Shown here piece by piece: positions 26,276 through 36,120 of a stretch of 64,000 nt of DNA. The notes under the pieces are model-generated. The model was not told the DNA's origin, did not search any database, and worked only from the letters and a program-made list of their open reading frames with translations. The DNA comes from Alphaproteobacteria bacterium (lineage in GTDB: Bacteria; Pseudomonadota; Alphaproteobacteria; Bin95), in assembly GCA_965205265.1 (NCBI GenBank), contig CBDBGH010000003.1, positions 5,088,001 through 5,152,000 of the forward strand, in the 5' to 3' direction. Made by a program: the position numbers and the translations under genes. The stretch's first letter is position 1. Each line of letters starts with the position of its first letter.

Positions 26276-27781
26276 ATGGCGATCGACAAGCAGACCCGTG
26301 CCGAGATCCAGCGGCTGTATTTTGCCGAGAAGTGGAGGATCGGCACGATCGCGCGCCAGCTCGGCGTCCACCACGGCACGGTCGAGCGCGCGGTAGCGGC
26401 CGCCGGGGCGCCCGCGCGTGAGAGGCGGCGCAGGGCTTCGATGATCGATCCGTTCCGGCCCTTCATCCGCCAGACCCTGGCGGTCTGGCCCAGGCTGCCA
26501 GCCAGCCGGCTCTACCAGATGGCGGTCGAGCGCGGCTACCGGGGCAGCCAGAGCCACTTCCGGCGCATGATCGCGCCGGAGCGCCCGCGGCCTGTGGCCG
26601 AGGCCTATCTGCGCCTCAAGACCCTGCCCGGCGAGCTGGCCCAGGTGGACTGGGCCCACTTCGGCAAGGTGAGGATCGGGCGCGCGGAGCGCCCGCTGAT
26701 GGGCTTCGTGATGGTGCTGAGCTACTCGCGCCGCATCTTCCTGCACTTCTACCTCAATGCCGCGATGGACAACTTCCTGCGCGGCCATGTCGAGGCCTTC
26801 GAGGCCTGGCAGGGCGTGCCCCGCGAGCTATGGTACGACAACCTGAAGAGCGTCGTGCTGGAGCGCCAGGGCGACGCCATCCGGTTCAACCCCCGGCTCC
26901 TCGACTTCGCCGCCCGCTACCGCTTCCTGCCCAAGCCGGTCGCGGTCGCGCGCGGCAACGAGAAGGGGCGCGTGGAGCGCGCCATACGCTATGTGCGCGA
27001 CAACTTCTTCGCCGCCCGCGCCTGGCGCGACCTCGACGACCTGAACGCCCGGGCCCGCGCCTGGTGCGACGGCGTCGCCGCCGACCGTCGCTGGCCGGAC
27101 GACCGCTCCCTCACCGTGCGCGAGGCCTTCGAGCGCGAGCGCGGCTCCCTGATGGCGCTGCCCGACGACCGGCCCCCCGTCGACGAGAGGGTCGAGGTCA
27201 GGATCGGCAAGACCCCCTACGCCAGGTTCGACCTCAATGACTATAGCGTCCCGCATACCCATACGCGGCGCACCCTCACCGTGGTCGCGACACTGGAGGA
27301 GGTACGCATCCTCGACGGCGCCGACACCGTCGCCCGTCATCCGCGCAGCTTCGACAAGGCGGCCCGCATCGAGACCCCCGAGCACATCGAGGAGCTGGTC
27401 AGGCTCAAACGTCACGCCCACCGCCTGCGCGGGCAGAGCCGCCTTCTCCAGGCCGCCCCCGACAGCGAGCGCCTGCTTGCCGAGACCGCCAGGCGCGGCG
27501 GCAATATCGGCACAACCGTCGCCTCCCTGCTGCGCCTGCTCGACGACTACGGAGCCGTCGAACTCGAAGCCGCCATCGATGAAGCCCTTGAGCGCGGCGT
27601 CCCCCATCCCAATGCGGTGCGCTTCAGCCTGAACCGGCGGCGCGAACAGCGCAACGAGCCACCACCCATCCCCATCGACCTGCCCGGCGATCCAAGACTG
27701 CGCGATATCGCGGTCCGCGATCACGACCTCGGCGGATACGACGGGCTCGCAAGCCACCACGAGGAGGACAGCGAAGAATGA
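26276..27781 (+). CDS. istA: IS21-family transposase
   Basis: PGELAQVDW, YDNLKSVV, EKGRVER; true start MAIDKQ. Confidence 0.93.
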   Translation: MAIDKQTRAEIQRLYFAEKWRIGTIARQLGVHHGTVERAVAAAGAPARERRRRASMIDPFRPFIRQTLAVWPRLPASRLYQMAVERGYRGSQSHFRRMIAPERPRPVAEAYLRLKTLPGELAQVDWAHFGKVRIGRAERPLMGFVMVLSYSRRIFLHFYLNAAMDNFLRGHVEAFEAWQGVPRELWYDNLKSVVLERQGDAIRFNPRLLDFAARYRFLPKPVAVARGNEKGRVERAIRYVRDNFFAARAWRDLDDLNARARAWCDGVAADRRWPDDRSLTVREAFERERGSLMALPDDRPPVDERVEVRIGKTPYARFDLNDYSVPHTHTRRTLTVVATLEEVRILDGADTVARHPRSFDKAARIETPEHIEELVRLKRHAHRLRGQSRLLQAAPDSERLLAETARRGGNIGTTVASLLRLLDDYGAVELEAAIDEALERGVPHPNAVRFSLNRRREQRNEPPPIPIDLPGDPRLRDIAVRDHDLGGYDGLASHHEEDSEE

Positions 27782-28563
27782 CCCTCAAGGACCGCGCCAC
27801 GGCGCTCGGACTGCACGGCCTCCTCGCCCACTGGAGCGAGGTTGCGGAGCGCGACTGGCTCCCGCCCCTGATCGCATGGGAAGAGGAAGAGAGGCGAAGC
27901 CGAAGCCTCAGGCGACGCCTCACCGCCGCCCGCCTCGGACAGTTCAAGCCGCTCGCCGACTTCGACTGGGACTGGCCAAGGCGATGCGACCGCATGGCCG
28001 TCGAGGACCTCATGACCCTCAACTTCCTCCGCGAGGGCGCCAATGTCGTCCTCATCGGCCCCAACGGCGTCGGTAAGTCCACAATCGCCGCCAATATCGC
28101 ACACCGCGCCGTCCTCGAAGGCCACACCGTGCGCTTCGCAACCGCCGCCAGCCTGCTCGGCGAGCTCGCCGCCATCGACTCCGACACAATGCTCCAGCGC
28201 AGGCTGCGCTTCTACGCCCGCCAGCACCTCCTGGTCATCGACGAAGTCGGATATCTCTCCTACTCCAACCGTCATGCCGACCTGCTGTTCAATATCGTCT
28301 CAAGCCGCAGCCAGCAGCGCTCCACCATCATCACCACAAACCGCCCCTTCGCCGAGTGGAGCGAGGCCTTCCCCAACGCCGCCTGCCTCGTGGCCCTTGT
28401 CGACCGGCTCGTCCACAATGCCGAGATCCTCGCCATCGACGGCGACTCATACCGCCGCAAGGAGGCCGAGGAACGCCAGAAGCAGCGCAGCGCCGATCGC
28501 CGCCGGCGGCGATCGGCAAAAGGAGCGGGCAAGAGCACGGCGCAAGACACGGGGGATGCCTGA
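27778..28563 (+). CDS. istB: IS21-family helper ATPase
   Basis: GPNGVGKS Walker [20 protein letters not shown]. Confidence 0.95.
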   Translation: MTLKDRATALGLHGLLAHWSEVAERDWLPPLIAWEEEERRSRSLRRRLTAARLGQFKPLADFDWDWPRRCDRMAVEDLMTLNFLREGANVVLIGPNGVGKSTIAANIAHRAVLEGHTVRFATAASLLGELAAIDSDTMLQRRLRFYARQHLLVIDEVGYLSYSNRHADLLFNIVSSRSQQRSTIITTNRPFAEWSEAFPNAACLVALVDRLVHNAEILAIDGDSYRRKEAEERQKQRSADRRRRRSAKGAGKSTAQDTGDA

Positions 28564-29449
28564 GCCAGCCGTGCAGCATCTGCATCCATGGGATCGCCGC
28601 CTGCGGGCCGAGGGGCTGCGAAGCTGCCCCCTCGAAGACGTGGTCCACGCCCTCGGCTATCGCCGCGATCCCGCCGATGCCGCGCGCTGGAGACGAGCCG
28701 GTTCGGTCCTCTCCATCAACCGCTTCATGTTCTACGACCATCTGCGCGGAGAGGGAGGCGCCGGGGCCATCCAGCTGGCGGTTCATGCGCTCGGATGCCC
28801 AACGACCGAAGCCCTCGACTTCCTCGCCCAACTGCCGCGCCACTCACGGCTCCCGAACAGTCGCTGTGAGGCGGAGCCCTCGTGCCAGGACCCTCGCTGG
28901 CCGGCGCTGCGGCAATACCTCATCGAGCAGCGCGGCCTCGCCGACGCGCTCGTCGAGCTATGCCGAGGCCTCGGCCTGATCCGTGCCGACCGGCGCGGCA
29001 ATCCCGTGTTCCTCCGCCGAAACGCCGCCAGCAAGGTGGTCGGCATAGAGACCCTCCCCGCAGCGCAGGAGCCGGCCGCAGACGGCGGCTTCTGGATGTC
29101 ATGGGAGCCCGACTGGCCCGGCACCGTCATCCTCACCGGCAGCGCCCTCGACGCCCTGTCGATCCTCTCCCTCCACCTCGTCCCGGAAAAACGCAGCAAA
29201 TGCGCCGTCGTCTCCACCGGCGCCATCACGGCCAGAATCCCCAAATGGGTCGAGGCCTGGAACCCGCGCCGTATCTTCTGTGCCTGGGACGCTACACGAT
29301 ACGGCGATCACGCCGCCCGCCGCATGCAAGACAACGACACAAGAATCGTCCGAATGCGACCGGCCCTCGAAAACCAGGACTGGAACGACATGCTCATCCG
29401 TGACCGCGACGGCGAGCCGCTCGAAACCGATGACCGCCCAATCAGATGA
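28556..29449 (+). CDS. Primase-like (DUF3991/toprim-type) passenger protein
   Basis: [37 protein letters not shown]; toprim acidic motifs partly degenerate. Confidence 0.75.
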   Translation: MPEPAVQHLHPWDRRLRAEGLRSCPLEDVVHALGYRRDPADAARWRRAGSVLSINRFMFYDHLRGEGGAGAIQLAVHALGCPTTEALDFLAQLPRHSRLPNSRCEAEPSCQDPRWPALRQYLIEQRGLADALVELCRGLGLIRADRRGNPVFLRRNAASKVVGIETLPAAQEPAADGGFWMSWEPDWPGTVILTGSALDALSILSLHLVPEKRSKCAVVSTGAITARIPKWVEAWNPRRIFCAWDATRYGDHAARRMQDNDTRIVRMRPALENQDWNDMLIRDRDGEPLETDDRPIR

Positions 29450-29543
29450 ACGCAACACCTAACCCATGCGACGCTGCTCGCAAGCCGCACAAACCGGCCG
29501 TTCCGCGCCAGCAAATAAACGCCCTTCCTAACCGTCGCTAACA

Positions 29544-29664
29544 TCCGGGAACGGTAACGGCGGACCGCGTCCAGGCCTGCCCCTGTCGGCGGTGGCGGAT
29601 TGCCGAGAGCTTCCAGCAAGGCCCTGCTGTCCTGTTCCGACAGCGTCGTGGTCCGATCCGGCAT
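29544..29664 (-). pseudogene. DUF1778/TacA-like antitoxin fragment interrupted by the IS21 element
   Basis: TLSEQDSRALLEALGNPPPPT...AVRRY; tail IANAG* resumes beyond the left TSD (about 23318-23336). Confidence 0.7.
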
Positions 29665-29761
29665 TTCGTCGTTTACGGCCGTCTTCCTCTCCGAGGACAA
29701 TTCGGTTTCTCCTGTGTGTCCCGACCATGTGTCGACTCTCGGATGTGCGCAATCATGCAGG

Positions 29762-29995
29762 TCAGCCGATGCTGGCGTTGCATGGTCCCGTAATCGCAAG
29801 TCCCATGGGATTGTTCCAGTCGTACCGGCGCTGCGGCGGCGGCATGGACTGCTCGGCTGGAAAACGGCCCAAACGGGAAAGTCGCAGAGACTCCTCATAC
29901 TGCCCGGATGCCGATCGGAGCAGTTCAATCACCTCGGCGTCGCTCGGACGGCCAGGCGCCGGCGACCTGGGGAGAAACCGGTCGGAGTCGGGCAT
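29762..29995 (-). CDS. Small hypothetical protein
   Basis: MPDSDRFLPR...; RBS GGAG; lies in the antitoxin run. Confidence 0.4.
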   Translation of the reverse strand: MPDSDRFLPRSPAPGRPSDAEVIELLRSASGQYEESLRLSRLGRFPAEQSMPPPQRRYDWNNPMGLAITGPCNASIG

Positions 29996-30063
29996 GCTGT
30001 GTTCTCCGTGATGATCTCCGTGATGACGGAAGCACGCCTGGATATGGGCACACGTTGTCCGTT

Positions 30064-30453
30064 TCACGCAAAGTCGCCCTGCAGATCGCCTCTTGCGGCC
30101 AGCACCACACGCTCGACCTCGCCCCGCGCCAGAAGCGCGAGGGGAGCCGCTCCGTCGAGAGACGGCCGAGGTGTGGTCAGCCAGACCCAGCGCACGTAGC
30201 CATCGGCAAACAGTCCGGCCATGCGTTCAAGGCCCGCCAGCGGACGGTTCCGTTCGTCGAGCTGCGCTGCCGGGAACACGAAACCCTGCAGCCCGTTCCG
30301 CCAGCCGACGATCCGGCCCTTCCTGCGCCAGTCATGCACCGACCGGAGCGTTCCGAGACCGATCCGGGCTTGGCACTTTTCCCGTCGATCAGGTGCTGGA
30401 CAGGCTCTTTCCTCGATACGCCCATCTTCTCGCACTCTCCCTGCGCGTTCCAA
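30064..30453 (-). CDS. MbcA/ParS/Xre-like antitoxin, 5' end uncertain or degraded
   Basis: VHDWRRKGRIVGW...FPAAQ...WVWLTTPRPSLDGAAPLALL...GDFA. Confidence 0.75.
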   Translation of the reverse strand: MERAGRVREDGRIEERACPAPDRREKCQARIGLGTLRSVHDWRRKGRIVGWRNGLQGFVFPAAQLDERNRPLAGLERMAGLFADGYVRWVWLTTPRPSLDGAAPLALLARGEVERVVLAARGDLQGDFA

Positions 30454-30720
30454 GAGGACGCGGCCTCAAATTCCGAGGGGCAGGGTATCCTTCATCGGTA
30501 TGCCCGTCCTTCTTTCCGGAGCCGACCGCGCTCGCGCAGCATCGGCAGATCATGGCTGTCAGGAAACCGCCCGTCAATGCGGCCGTCAGCGCAACGGGCG
30601 CAGGGCAGCCTTTCGCGGAGGATGTGGTTGGTCGTCATTCCAAGAAGATGCGAAGCATGACGCATACTGAGATTGCCAATTGTCAGGATGCGGGTTCGGA
30701 GTCAGGGACGCGCGGCTCTC

Positions 30721-30993
30721 TCAGGGAGCGATGCCCGCCCGGGCCCGGCGAATGAGAGTCAGGACCTCGTCGGCGCCGGCCCGGCCAGACCGGGCCGTGT
30801 CCAGCGGCGTCTTGCCATCCAGCAGCGGATGGGGCCGCGTCAGAAACGCCCTGATGCGGGCCATGTCCCCGCGATAGGCGCATGCGAGGGCGATGACAAC
30901 CCGGGCAACCCCATATAGCCTTTGGGCTCCGGTCACCGTCCTGATGCGGCCATATGAAGGCTCGGCCACAGGATCACGCGGCGGGATGGTCAC
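30721..30993 (-). CDS. MbcA/ParS/Xre antitoxin C-terminal domain
   Basis: RAFLTRPHPLLDGKTPLDTA...GADEV. Confidence 0.75.
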   Translation of the reverse strand: MTIPPRDPVAEPSYGRIRTVTGAQRLYGVARVVIALACAYRGDMARIRAFLTRPHPLLDGKTPLDTARSGRAGADEVLTLIRRARAGIAP

Positions 30994-31195
30994 CGGTCGC
31001 TCGCGGCAGACCCGCGAGCCACGCGTCGATCTCCGAGGCCCACCAGCGCACGGCGTTGGAGCTGATCTTGAGCGGCAGCGGGAATTCGTGAGCCCGCATC
31101 AGCCTGTAGATGGTCGAGGTGGAGAGCCCCGTCCGGGCCTCGACTTCGGACCGCCGCAGCAGTCGGTCACCTGGGTCGGTCATGGACATGTTCAT
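30974..31195 (-). CDS. AlpA-family transcriptional regulator
   Basis: RLLRRSEVEARTGLSTSTIYRLM...FPLP...VRWWASEIDAW. Confidence 0.92.
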   Translation of the reverse strand: MNMSMTDPGDRLLRRSEVEARTGLSTSTIYRLMRAHEFPLPLKISSNAVRWWASEIDAWLAGLPRATGDHPAA

Positions 31196-31240
31196 CCCTG
31201 TTTTCCATCATTCACCGGGATTGTGGGCAACAATATAGCA

Positions 31241-31269
31241 CAATCGGATTGTCATGACAAGCAGATTGC
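31241..31269. promoter_or_regulatory. Tandem two-box motif upstream of the AlpA gene
   Basis: CAATCGGATTGTCATGACAAGCAGATTGC, 26/29 identical to 2121-2149. Confidence 0.65.
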
Positions 31270-31355
31270 TTTAAATGGGTGCACGTCCTGATTTTGCGAG
31301 GTTGAGAAATGCCATGGTTCCGCCACGATATCTGTTTCTTATATTCGGGGGGCAG

Positions 31356-31787
31356 ATGGAGGCGGACATGGCCAGGACCGATCACGACGGCCTCGTCGAA
31401 CAGCGTGGCGAGCTGCTGCGGGAGATTGCGGGCATCGGCGACCTCCGTCAGGGTTCGCTCAGGGCACAGTACCGCAAGTGCGGCAAACCGAACTGCCATT
31501 GCGCGGTCGAGGGGGCGCAGGGGCATGGCCCCTACTGGTTGTTGACCTGGCCGGACAGGGAGACGGGGAAGTCCCGCGGCCGCACCGTTCCCGCCGACGC
31601 CATTGAGGGAACGCGGGCGCAGATCGCGGAATACCAGCGGCTTCGCGGTCTGGTGCGCGCGCTTGTCGAGGTCAGCGGCCGGATATGCGATGCCAGGCTG
31701 GACGCGGACAAGCCGGCCGCGCCGGGAAAAAGGGGGGTCTCGACGCAGCGATCGCGGAGGAGGTCGAGGCCGAGGTCGAGTGGCTGA
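31356..31787 (+). CDS. IS orfA (DUF6788-like)
   Basis: GSLRAQYRKCGKPNCHC...HGPYWLLT. Confidence 0.8.
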   Translation: MEADMARTDHDGLVEQRGELLREIAGIGDLRQGSLRAQYRKCGKPNCHCAVEGAQGHGPYWLLTWPDRETGKSRGRTVPADAIEGTRAQIAEYQRLRGLVRALVEVSGRICDARLDADKPAAPGKRGVSTQRSRRRSRPRSSG

Positions 31788-33067
31788 TCGGCGCGGGCGT
31801 CGTCGATGACTTCCAGGCGATCGAGATCGAAGCGCGGCGGGTTGCGTTGCAGATCATGGGGCAGGCCGTCGCCCACAGGCTCAATGCCGACCGTTCCGAC
31901 AACCGGGGACCGTGGCTGTCGTGTGCGTGCGGCGGCGAGGCGCGCTTCGCCGGCCGCCGGCCCAAGACCTTCACCACCGCTCTCGGCCCTCTGACGCTGG
32001 AGCGCGCCTGGTATCACTGCGACCGTTGCCACCGCGGCTTCAGCCCGCGTGATCGAACCCTCGGCATGGAAGATACTTTCCTCTCACCGGCGGCGCTGCG
32101 CATGATCGGCGTTGCTGCTGCCCGTACCAGCTTCGAGGGCTCCAGCGCCCTGTTGCGCGAACTGGCAGGCCTGGCTGTCGCGCCGAAGACGGTCGAACGC
32201 CATGCCGAGGCGCTCGGGCGAGAGATCGCAGGCGACGAATGCCGCGTGATCGAACCCGAGCCGTCCGACGCCCCCACCCTCTATCTCGGCCTCGACGGCA
32301 CCGGCGTGCCGGCGCGCAAGACCGAGGTCGAGGGCCGCGCGGGCAAGCAGCCCGACGGCTCCGCCAGCACCCGCGAGGCCAAGCTCGCCGTCGTGTGGTC
32401 GGCGGAGACCGTCGACAGGGAGGGGCGTCCGGTGCGCGATCCCGGCTCCGCCACCTACAACGCCGCCATCGAATCCATCGCCACCCGCGAGTTCGACCCC
32501 GAGCCCGCGCCCTTCGCCCGGCGTGTCATCCGCGAGGCCGAACGCCGCGGCTTCGACACGGCCGAGCGCCGGGTCATCCTCGGCGACGGCGCGCCGTGGA
32601 TCTGGAACTTCGCCGATGAGCACTTCCCCGACGCCATCCAGATCGTCGACATCTTCCATGCCAAGGGCCACCTGTTCGACGCAGCCAAGGCGATCTACGG
32701 GATCGGCAGCGAGATCGGTGAGCGATGGGCCGGGAAGCGGCGCGAGGAACTCGACGAGGGCCGCGTCGACGAGGTGATCGCCGCCCTCAAGGGCCATGCC
32801 GAAACTTGCGAGAACGCCCGGAAGAACGCCGAGTACTTCTCCAACAACCGCGAGCGCATGAACTACCCGAAGTTCCGCGCGATGGGCTTGTGCGTGGCCA
32901 GCGGCGTGGTCGAGGGCGGCTGCAAGAACATCGTCGGCGCCCGCCTCAAGCAGGGAGGTATGCGCTGGACCGTCAACGGCGCCAACGCCATCATCGCCCT
33001 GCGCTGCGCCGTCGAGAGCAATCGCTTCGACGACTTCTGGGAACGACGAGCCGGCGCAATACCATGA
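31685..33067 (+). CDS. ISKra4-family transposase, probably expressed by frameshift
   Basis: LDGTGVP, LGDGAPWIW, DIFHA, SGVVEGGCK. Confidence 0.88.
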   Translation: MRCQAGRGQAGRAGKKGGLDAAIAEEVEAEVEWLIGAGVVDDFQAIEIEARRVALQIMGQAVAHRLNADRSDNRGPWLSCACGGEARFAGRRPKTFTTALGPLTLERAWYHCDRCHRGFSPRDRTLGMEDTFLSPAALRMIGVAAARTSFEGSSALLRELAGLAVAPKTVERHAEALGREIAGDECRVIEPEPSDAPTLYLGLDGTGVPARKTEVEGRAGKQPDGSASTREAKLAVVWSAETVDREGRPVRDPGSATYNAAIESIATREFDPEPAPFARRVIREAERRGFDTAERRVILGDGAPWIWNFADEHFPDAIQIVDIFHAKGHLFDAAKAIYGIGSEIGERWAGKRREELDEGRVDEVIAALKGHAETCENARKNAEYFSNNRERMNYPKFRAMGLCVASGVVEGGCKNIVGARLKQGGMRWTVNGANAIIALRCAVESNRFDDFWERRAGAIP

Positions 33068-33161
33068 ATCTCACAAATACGACGTGCACCCGCTTTAAAT
33101 GCCCGGTTCCTGCCCTCACATCGTTTTGGCCTGTTCCACCCGCAGCGAATTGCAGACCTCC

Positions 33162-33526
33162 ATGAACGAAGGGGCGGTATCCGCCGCAGCGGTTATTCTG
33201 GAGATCCGCCGCCGGTCCGGTCTTGCATGGGGGAGCTCGCCAAGCTGTTCGATGTCCCGCAACAGAGCACCCGGCGCCGGACGGGTTCCCAAGGCTGCTG
33301 TCTAGCCCCGCTGGCCCTGGCGGCGCGAGAAAATCCTCGTACTCGACCTGCGAATACAGCCGCCAGAGAGGCGGCCATGCCGACGTCGCGGTATCCGGGT
33401 TCGCTGGTGCCGGTGACTGTTGGAGCACGCGGGCTACGCGAAGGCCCGCGCCGGAGCGCGGGCCTCGGAAAGAGGGCAAGCCGCCCAAACGGCTTGCGTC
33501 TCAGGAACGAGAATAATCGGACCTGA
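33162..33526 (+). pseudogene. Frameshifted HTH/XRE-type gene
   Basis: MNEG...LEIRRRSGLAWG then ELAKLFDVPQQS in a shifted frame. Confidence 0.5.
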
Positions 33527-33726
33527 CCCGAAACGCCAATGGATCCGTCCGCAAAGGGGCCATCCGGCACCGCGTGAGGAACACGCCTGCGAGCAGGGCT
33601 GGGGGATACAGGGAAGCCCGGGCCGTCGGCCATCAGGCCATGGTCCTGGTCCTGGACCGGCCTTCCGCGATCCTGTCGTGGCAGCTATACCTCCTGTCCC
33701 GCGCGGCGCTCAAGCGGAGGTGACAG

Positions 33727-34143
33727 ATGGCCGGGTCGGCCGATCGGGAGATCGAGCGGGACAATGCCGGGTTGCGTGCGCACTACCTTCGCGACACGAA
33801 GACCTGGACGGCGTCCGACATCATCCACGAATGCATGCTCGGGAAACAAGGGGCAAACCCGAGCGAACCGGCGTTACGCTGGATGCGCGAGGGACGGGTG
33901 TTCGCCGTCGATGCCGGCCATGGGCGGCTGTATCCGAGCTTCCAGTTTGAGAACGGCAGGCCGCGCCCCCTCATCGCGGAGGTGCTGAAGCGGCTGCCGG
34001 ACGACATGACGCCGTGGCAGATCGCATTCTGGTTCCGGTCAGGCAATGGCTGGCTTGACGGGAGATCCCCGGAAGAAGCGCTGGAGGACAGGGAAGGTGT
34101 TCTGAAGGCGGCGGACCGCCTGCGCGAAACGGCCATCGGCTGA
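33727..34143 (+). CDS. MbcA/Xre-like antitoxin
   Basis: RWMREGRVFAV...YPSFQF...WQIAFWF...NGWLDGRSP. Confidence 0.75.
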   Translation: MAGSADREIERDNAGLRAHYLRDTKTWTASDIIHECMLGKQGANPSEPALRWMREGRVFAVDAGHGRLYPSFQFENGRPRPLIAEVLKRLPDDMTPWQIAFWFRSGNGWLDGRSPEEALEDREGVLKAADRLRETAIG

Positions 34144-34521
34144 GACGGGCAGGCGGTCCGCCGCCTTCAGCTTTCGGGCCCTCGGACGTGGATATGGCCA
34201 CCGTGAGGTGGCCATAGGGTCCGCTGCTCATCAAGAGGTCAGCAATCCAGAGTTTCTGCCGACACAATGGCAACGAACCCTGGCAGCGTCAATCGGTGTC
34301 GCGCTGGGTGTCCGCTTCTGGAAGCTGCAGCGAATGCCCTGGGACGGGAAACAAGGATTTCAAAAAGCGAACCCCGGGCGCATGCAGGAGCAGAGGCGGA
34401 CCCGGGGGGTTACATGACAGAAGGTTGTTCACTCGATGGCGGATGTCAACGCCTTCCATTCTGCCGGTACCGTGGGACCATCTTGGATAGACCTGGGTTA
34501 AATGCGGAGTAGAATCGCTCC

Positions 34522-35178
34522 ATGCTGAATGCAGGTTTCTCTTCGCCATTGTCTGCGCCCAGGCGGCCTGGTGGTTTGGGGCGGCGCGACGAATATGCAC
34601 AATTGAACCCGGAAAGGGAAATCCTGGACAAGTTCCGGCGCGGCCAGGAACGCTATGCGTTTCGACAGAAGCAATCGCTCCTTCCCGACCGTCGAATGGG
34701 CTCGGCCGCTGGAATCGGCCTTGAGGCCAGGCAGTGGCCGGAGACGGCGGATATCCGCGCGCGGCAACTGCTTCGTCCCGGTGGTTTCCGGTTCGCCGGG
34801 CGCGCGCGCCGGAAGACATGGTTGAACGATGCATTGGCGCAGCTTGCAGACTGTCCGGAAGCTGCTGTCGAGGAGGGGTTGGACGAGCCCTCGAAAATTG
34901 GACTGGAGAAGGCAGGCGCGGTGCTCAGGGCCGTATCGGGATTCGTAGAGGAACCGCCGGACATATATCCAATGGAGGCGGGCGGCATTGTGATCGATCT
35001 ACGGGGTCCCGATTCACCAAGCAGCGTCCTGATGGTGGTGGAGAGCGGCGGGGCCGGAGCGATGTTTTATCGGGCAAGCGGAAAGAAGGGGCGAGCGCGC
35101 GTCGATGACGCAGCGTGTCTGCCAGACCTTCTGAAGGCGCTTGGGTTGTCAACGACGAAGGCGGTGGGAAATCTATAG
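34522..35178 (+). CDS. Hypothetical protein
   Basis: 218-aa ORF; PDIYPMEAGGIVID motif; start uncertain. Confidence 0.55.
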   Translation: MLNAGFSSPLSAPRRPGGLGRRDEYAQLNPEREILDKFRRGQERYAFRQKQSLLPDRRMGSAAGIGLEARQWPETADIRARQLLRPGGFRFAGRARRKTWLNDALAQLADCPEAAVEEGLDEPSKIGLEKAGAVLRAVSGFVEEPPDIYPMEAGGIVIDLRGPDSPSSVLMVVESGGAGAMFYRASGKKGRARVDDAACLPDLLKALGLSTTKAVGNL

Positions 35179-35300
35179 TGACCGGGCCCAAGTCTCGCAG
35201 TAAGGCGGCGATGAGCTGTGGGCCGCCGTCCTTGAGCGCCGCTTCCAGGTATGCGGCCATCTCTTCCGGCGTGCGGAGATGTTCGACGACGTCGTAGGGA
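35175..35300 (-). pseudogene. HI1420-family addiction-module antidote fragment
   Basis: PYDVVEHLRTPEEMAAYLEAALKDG...ALLRDL; truncated at both ends. Confidence 0.7.
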
Positions 35301-35309
35301 ACGCCGCGG

Positions 35310-36071
35310 CTGACGGTGATTTGTCCCTTCTCGATTTGCTACATTAAGCCGGAGATCGCTGCGAGCGGGGCGCGGGCTGCGGATTGCGGCTCCTTCTCGA
35401 TTTGCTACATTCGACGGCATAGCCGGGCCCGAGTACAGGCTGCTGCGGATTGCGGCTCCTTCTCGATTTGCTACATTCTGCTGGCGGAAGCCCGGACCGC
35501 AATGGTCGCTGCGGATTGCGGCTCCTTCTCGATTTGCTACATTGAGCCGCGCCGGCGTGGCGCGCCGGCGGCGGCTGCGGATTGCGGCTCCTTCTCGATT
35601 TGCTACATTGCAGGGATCCCTCTTTCCGACCAGCGGCCAGCTGCGGATTGCGGCTCCTTCTCGATTTGCTACATTCGCCGCCCGCTCGGTTTCCTCGATA
35701 GTCGAGCTGCGGATTGCGGCTCCTTCTCGATTTGCTACATTGCGGGCCCACAGGCTACCCACGGCCCGTTAGCTGCGGATTGCGGCTCCTTCTCGATTTG
35801 CTACATTGTCGCTGGTTGAGGCTGCGAAGCAACTTGGGCTGCGGATTGCGGCTCCTTCTCGATTTGCTACATTGCCGCCGTCCGGAACGCCGCGAACGCG
35901 CCGGCTGCGGATTGCGGCTCCTTCTCGATTTGCTACATTCTGCTGGCGGAAGCCCGGACCGCAATGGTCGCTGCGGATTGCGGCTCCTTCTCGATTTGCT
36001 ACATTGGAGCCGGTGGTCGCGAACACGGCGGTAGCGCTGCGGATTGCGGCTCCTTCTCGATTTGCTACATT
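35310..36071 (+). CRISPR. Type II-C CRISPR array: 11 repeats plus 1 degenerate, 11 spacers of 30 bp
   Basis: 36-bp repeat GCTGCGGATTGCGGCTCCTTCTCGATTTGCTACATT, 66-bp period; orientation from tracrRNA complementarity. Confidence 0.98.
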
Positions 36072-36120
36072 TCCCCCGGCGCAGGGCGTTGAAAATGCGC
36101 CACTTTCCTCCGCCCGCCGA

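Larger units (their letters stand above)
23337..29543 (+). mobile_element. IS21-family element with passenger genes; contains a nested IS1634
   Basis: Imperfect TIRs TGTCGGTGATTATCATAAAGGGCGCATATTTGCTGGCG / TGTTAGCGACGGTTAGGAAGGGCGTTTATTTGCTGGCG; 5-bp TSD TCCGG. Confidence 0.85.
31277..33091 (+). mobile_element. ISKra4-family-like IS, copy 1
   Basis: TIR GGGTGCACGTC; 9-bp TSD GCTTTAAAT; orfA/orfB overlap at GGGAAAAAGGGGGG. Confidence 0.9.

Noticed and set aside
35346-36035. Possible self-targeting spacers
   Set aside because: No protospacer seen in this window by eye; an alignment is needed to exclude it
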